From Botryllus schlosseri (Eukaryota), in the NCBI GenBank assembly GCA_051294905.1, contig CM119372.1, positions 8,000,001 to 8,064,000 of the forward strand: a stretch of DNA of 64,000 nucleotides, given 5' to 3'. The notes below the pieces were generated by a model. That model saw only the letters and a program-made list of their open reading frames with translations, searched no databases and was not told where the DNA came from. Shown in pieces: positions 60,301 through 64,000 of the stretch. How positions within the stretch are numbered: the stretch's first letter is position 1; the number at the start of each line of letters is the position of its first letter. The translations under genes were made by a program, and so were the position numbers.

Positions 60301-63300
60301 TAATATGTCTTCCATTTCAATCTGCCAATTCAAATCTCAATAAAATTACAAGCAACAGGAAAGCATACTAAATAACTTACGCAATACGCCAGACTATTCA
60401 TGTAAACGAACGTGGTGCCGATGATATACCCGGCATCTTCCTGATCTTGAAACGGATCTTTGTCCTGAACAAATTAGCGTGCAAGTGGTAGTGGAAATCA
60501 AGTGATAGTAAAATTGACAGTTTTACACACTTTCGGCCACATTGGACGGACCTTGTGTTGGACCATCTAGTAACTTTCAGGTCATAAGCCGGGGGTGATC
60601 AATAATGAAGGAAAAGGAATAGGACGTGGTATATTATTGTCCTTGATGCCTTTACGGCATATACACTGACTCATATCTGTGCATATACATACCATGAGTG
60701 CATGATGTGCATATGCGGCTGGACAAGGAAGGTGCAGATATAGCCTTACGAGGCTTTCTAAGTTTTTCACCACCCCTCCATGCTACCCCGGTAATGCTGA
60801 GCGCTAAGCATGGGAAGCCATGGATACCAGTGTTACTTGTCAGGCCTTTGGTCTGAACCGCCCGGGGATTGAACCCACGACGCTCCACCATTACGTTATC
60901 TTGTCAGTACTTCTACATTTTGGTATACTCAAGTGGATTTTGCCTACTTCCACTACATGCTCCAATGGTTATATTGTAGACAACTTTCAACTCTACTTGA
61001 TTCTGCTTTTACCGCCCCTAGTGGGGTTGGCACACTCAAAAATAGTATCAAGCCATCGGTTCACCTCGATTACTAAAATTTTCATGCCGGCGACATCATA
61101 TTTGGTGATACGATTATTGACATAGGCCTGCATTGTTCTTCTCAATTCTCTACTAGTTGCTGACAATTACCCTTGACGAGTGTCAGCCAAAAATATTCGA
61201 GTTTATTTAAATATGAATATAGGATTCAATTGTATACTCAAGAATATTTATATATATTATGTACTCACACCATACATCTGCATGAAGACGGATGCATGTG
61301 CCACTCAAATGCTCGTAGGATCATAGGAAGCATCGGATTCCCGAGCTCAAGTACGCCACTTTTGGCATTCGTAACAGTGTGAGATTTGATCATTTGGAGG
61401 ATGCATCATTAAAAAATAACGCTGCTATCAAACTAACTGCATACCTGAGGGCAATCCCAATCCTCTTCTCCTTCTGCGTAGTTCTGATACATTTCCTGCA
61501 TGACATACTTCCTGTCAACAAAGCTGTCGTCCCTCCACAGGCACTCCTTTCCGTTTGTTAGATTTTTTGCTCGTACCAGAACCTGGAACATTTTCGATTT
61601 TAAACGCTTTCGTAAGATTAAAACTACACATGAGGTTAAAAACATCTGAGACACACCATATTAGAAAGAGGGCAAAATTAGCCACTAAACACACTGGAAT
61701 TCACCGACCTAGTCAATTGCTTATGGTAATAATCTAGAAATCAGAAGAATCGTCACGATAAGCATACCAACATCTTATTCAGCAGAGATGTGCACGGATT
61801 CTGACTTTGAAAAAAAAAGTATTTAAAGGTTCTTTTCAGATTTGGATCACACTTGGACTTCTATTTCTTCTTTTAACCTGGATTTAGCGGTAGACTTGGG
61901 CATGAAACACTTTTGACAATAACTCATCCATGAAATTGGGTATGGGCAAACACTTAAATCTCAAATCTTGAACAGAATTTGGATTTGAGAAGACGCTCAT
62001 CTCTGGTGCTTAGTAGCAAAGTATTGATCCTTTTTCGAATTGCTAATTAGAATTTATCCACCTGTTCTACTTATTTACATTTTAGAATGGAATCACACTT
62101 GGCCGCGGCATTTATTAAATTGAATAAAAAGGATAAAAAAACTGTGTCTGCTCACTTGCGTTCTTCCGTCTTTCAAACCACGAGCCTGCGGGCTGAGTAG
62201 TTCGAGCTTGTACAACATTTTTTTGTCCAACGCCGTCGACATAGCGTTCGCCTCACCAACCATTCGGAGAGCGCGAGTTATATCCTCTTGTAGCAGTATT
62301 TCCTCTGCAAACAGAATCGCGATGAAAATACAGAAGGATTGCAGTAGCGGCATATCGCTGCACGCTGTTTATTCGACTTTGTTAAGATTGGTGATTGAAT
62401 GCAGAGTTCAAACATTGTTAGAAACAGTTATCAGGTGCCGAAACCCAAGTATTTATCATATTTCGTAATTCAACAAAATCGTAGCATGGGCGAATTTTGT
62501 TTCCGACCGACAGGCACATCGATGCATATGATAAAATACAAAACAAAGCAAGGATAAAACGTTTATAAGGTATAAGACATGGGTAACTGTTTCCAAGAAC
62601 ACATTGAACTTCTAAAAGTTGATGAAATCAGAACAACCCTAGTGTGCGTCTACCATCAATAGCTATATCATTTCGTTATGATTGAAATGTCATTATGAGC
62701 TATGATTACTTGAAATCTTCCGCTTCATTATTGACTATATAACTATATTGACTCCATAACTTTTGTTACCACCAAAAAACGAAGTCAATCATTTTGTCAC
62801 AAATCGTTGTTTGAGTTGCAGTTTTTCAAACTTACCGGGCGATTTCCCTAGCATGTTCATATCGAAGCCTTTCTTTTCCGCAATTTCCTGTTGAGCGGAA
62901 TCGAAAGTAACCCTCTCGACTGGTTTTCCTTCCTTCTCTTGAATGGCTGCGTCTTGGGGATGGTGGAAGACGTACAAATGCGTGGAGCCAAACATGACTC
63001 TAAAAAATAACTCGCTGAGCAAAGCAGACATTGGCTATTCCGACAAATGCAAACCATGAAGAATCCCCGAGCAGATAGCTGCGAAATGTAGTCCTAATGT
63101 AGTCAAATGTGCATTCTAATGAAGTAAAAAGCTGTCATTGTTATAATATATATCAAGTGCTATAATGATAAAGTGAATTGATAGATTTTGTGGAGCTTGT
63201 CAAAGTAACTGGTGTTCCACGGAGGTTTTGGTTTTGTGTGAAAATTATATTTTAACGGTTTTGTTCTTTTGACACTTTGTTGATGTACAGTTCATTTTGT

Positions 63301-63912
63301 ATTCATCATGTATTAGATGTGTATTATGACAGATTTTTTGTTTTTATGATTTCGTGAAAATTTGGGATTTGGCAAAGGCTTGCAAATTAGCGTGTGTGTT
63401 CTGCAGGTTAGTAGAAGTCAAGAACCACTGATTTAGAATATATTTCATGCAATAGTAAGAAATGATTGTGTTGAGAATCATTCAAGCACATAGCTTAAAA
63501 CGTAGTTGTAGGAAATAGGTATAGGATAACTTTTGCCAATAACAATATCATCTGTTGACTTGTGAAACTTCATATAAACTAACCTGTCATTATGTCTAAG
63601 TTCCGTTTCCTTGTCGATGGTAACGCCATTTACAAGAACGGCGCCTTTCGGGACAATCTTGATCGAGCTGTTATTTCGATTATCGATGGTTGCATGATCT
63701 TTTTCCACACTGCATTTATAAGAGAGAAAGGTAACTGAAAAGTCATAACACACTAACGTAGTAGTCTCTAACCTCAGGCCCTTCAACACGATATCGGCAG
63801 GCTCCGCATTACCGAGAGCGTGGTGGCCAGCAGGTACAAAGTGTACAATCATTCCAGTCAACATCGGATCCTCGTTGAGATTCCAAAAGTGGGGAGTTGT
63901 TTTTCTGGCTTC
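54314..63912 (-). CDS. KIF28: Kinesin-3 family protein, KIF28/KLP-6-like, C-terminal ~560 aa (FHA domain, stalk, tail); the motor domain lies beyond the window end
   Basis: Exons 63912-63773, 63709-63584, 62999-62836, 62304-62156, 61582-61445, 60464-60381, 60321-60259, 58760-58617, 57378-57253, 56607-56545, 56040-55795, 54677-54612, 54554-54498, 54430-54314 (1683 nt, in frame). Kinesin-3 signatures: PHFWNLNEDPMLTG, VLVNG...ELRHNDRVMFGSTHLYVFHHP (FHA), FDSAQQEIA, VGEANAMSTALDK, FVDRKYVMQEMYQ, DKDPF, IDDPNELLG, QVWGRQ. Confidence 0.85.
54842..55240. mobile_element. Decayed GACTCGAGTC-family MITE
   Basis: Similar to 50149-50641 in the same orientation. Confidence 0.6.
57585..58435. mobile_element. 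GACTCGAGTC-family MITE, probably composite
   Basis: The left end matches the element at 41285 and the right half is the reverse complement of the 50149-type copy. No TSD seen. Confidence 0.7.
58919..59494. mobile_element. TA-flanked MITE (Tc1/mariner-pogo-like)
   Basis: GGGTAGAGTGGGGTAAAACGCC...GGCGTGTTGCCCCATTCTACCC, with TA on both sides. Confidence 0.65.
59797..59959. mobile_element. Short hAT MITE
   Basis: CAGTGGTGGGCAAT...ATTCCCAGGCCTG with perfect TSD AAGTAAGG. Confidence 0.8.
60621..60890 (-). mobile_element. tRNA-derived SINE (family B)
   Basis: Minus-strand B-box-like GGGTTCAATCCC, followed by CTGGTATCCATGGCTTCCCATGCTTAGCGCTCAGCA. Homologous copies occur at ~1231-1515 and ~32777-33030 plus 35270-35325. 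Confidence 0.7.
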
Positions 63913-64000
63913 CTAAAATCAATAAAGACCGCCGTGATCCATCAAAACGTACAGCCCATGAGCAAAATCGATATCCTGTTTCTCAGTATCCCAGTCAAAA

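Overview
Eukaryotic, intron-rich, transposon-dense genomic DNA from an animal. It is probably an invertebrate chordate such as a tunicate, but the taxon is only inferred. Three spliced genes can be reconstructed by hand with GT-AG introns and consistent phases: (1) a BCL6-family BTB/C2H2 gene on the minus strand (12741->4444, about 851 aa, only 4 zinc fingers); (2) an MFSD6L-type major-facilitator gene on the plus strand (37811->51616, about 770 aa); (3) the 3' part of a KIF28/KLP-6-like kinesin-3 gene on the minus strand (63912->54314), which ends in a CaaX box (CVIM*). Intergenic and intronic DNA contains a 5'-truncated CR1/L2-type LINE, a 4.1-kb EnSpm/CMC-like element, many hAT-type MITEs with 8-bp TSDs (several nested), tRNA-derived SINEs, a foldback element with TTAGGG-like repeats, and a near-perfect 390-bp inverted repeat. 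The most unusual observations are tiny perfect CA...TG hairpins flanked by 7-8 bp duplications (P-element-like scars, stacked into a repeat-spacer array), a LINE carrying an antisense copy of its own 3' end, and a putatively prenylated kinesin. All calls were made by eye without database searches.
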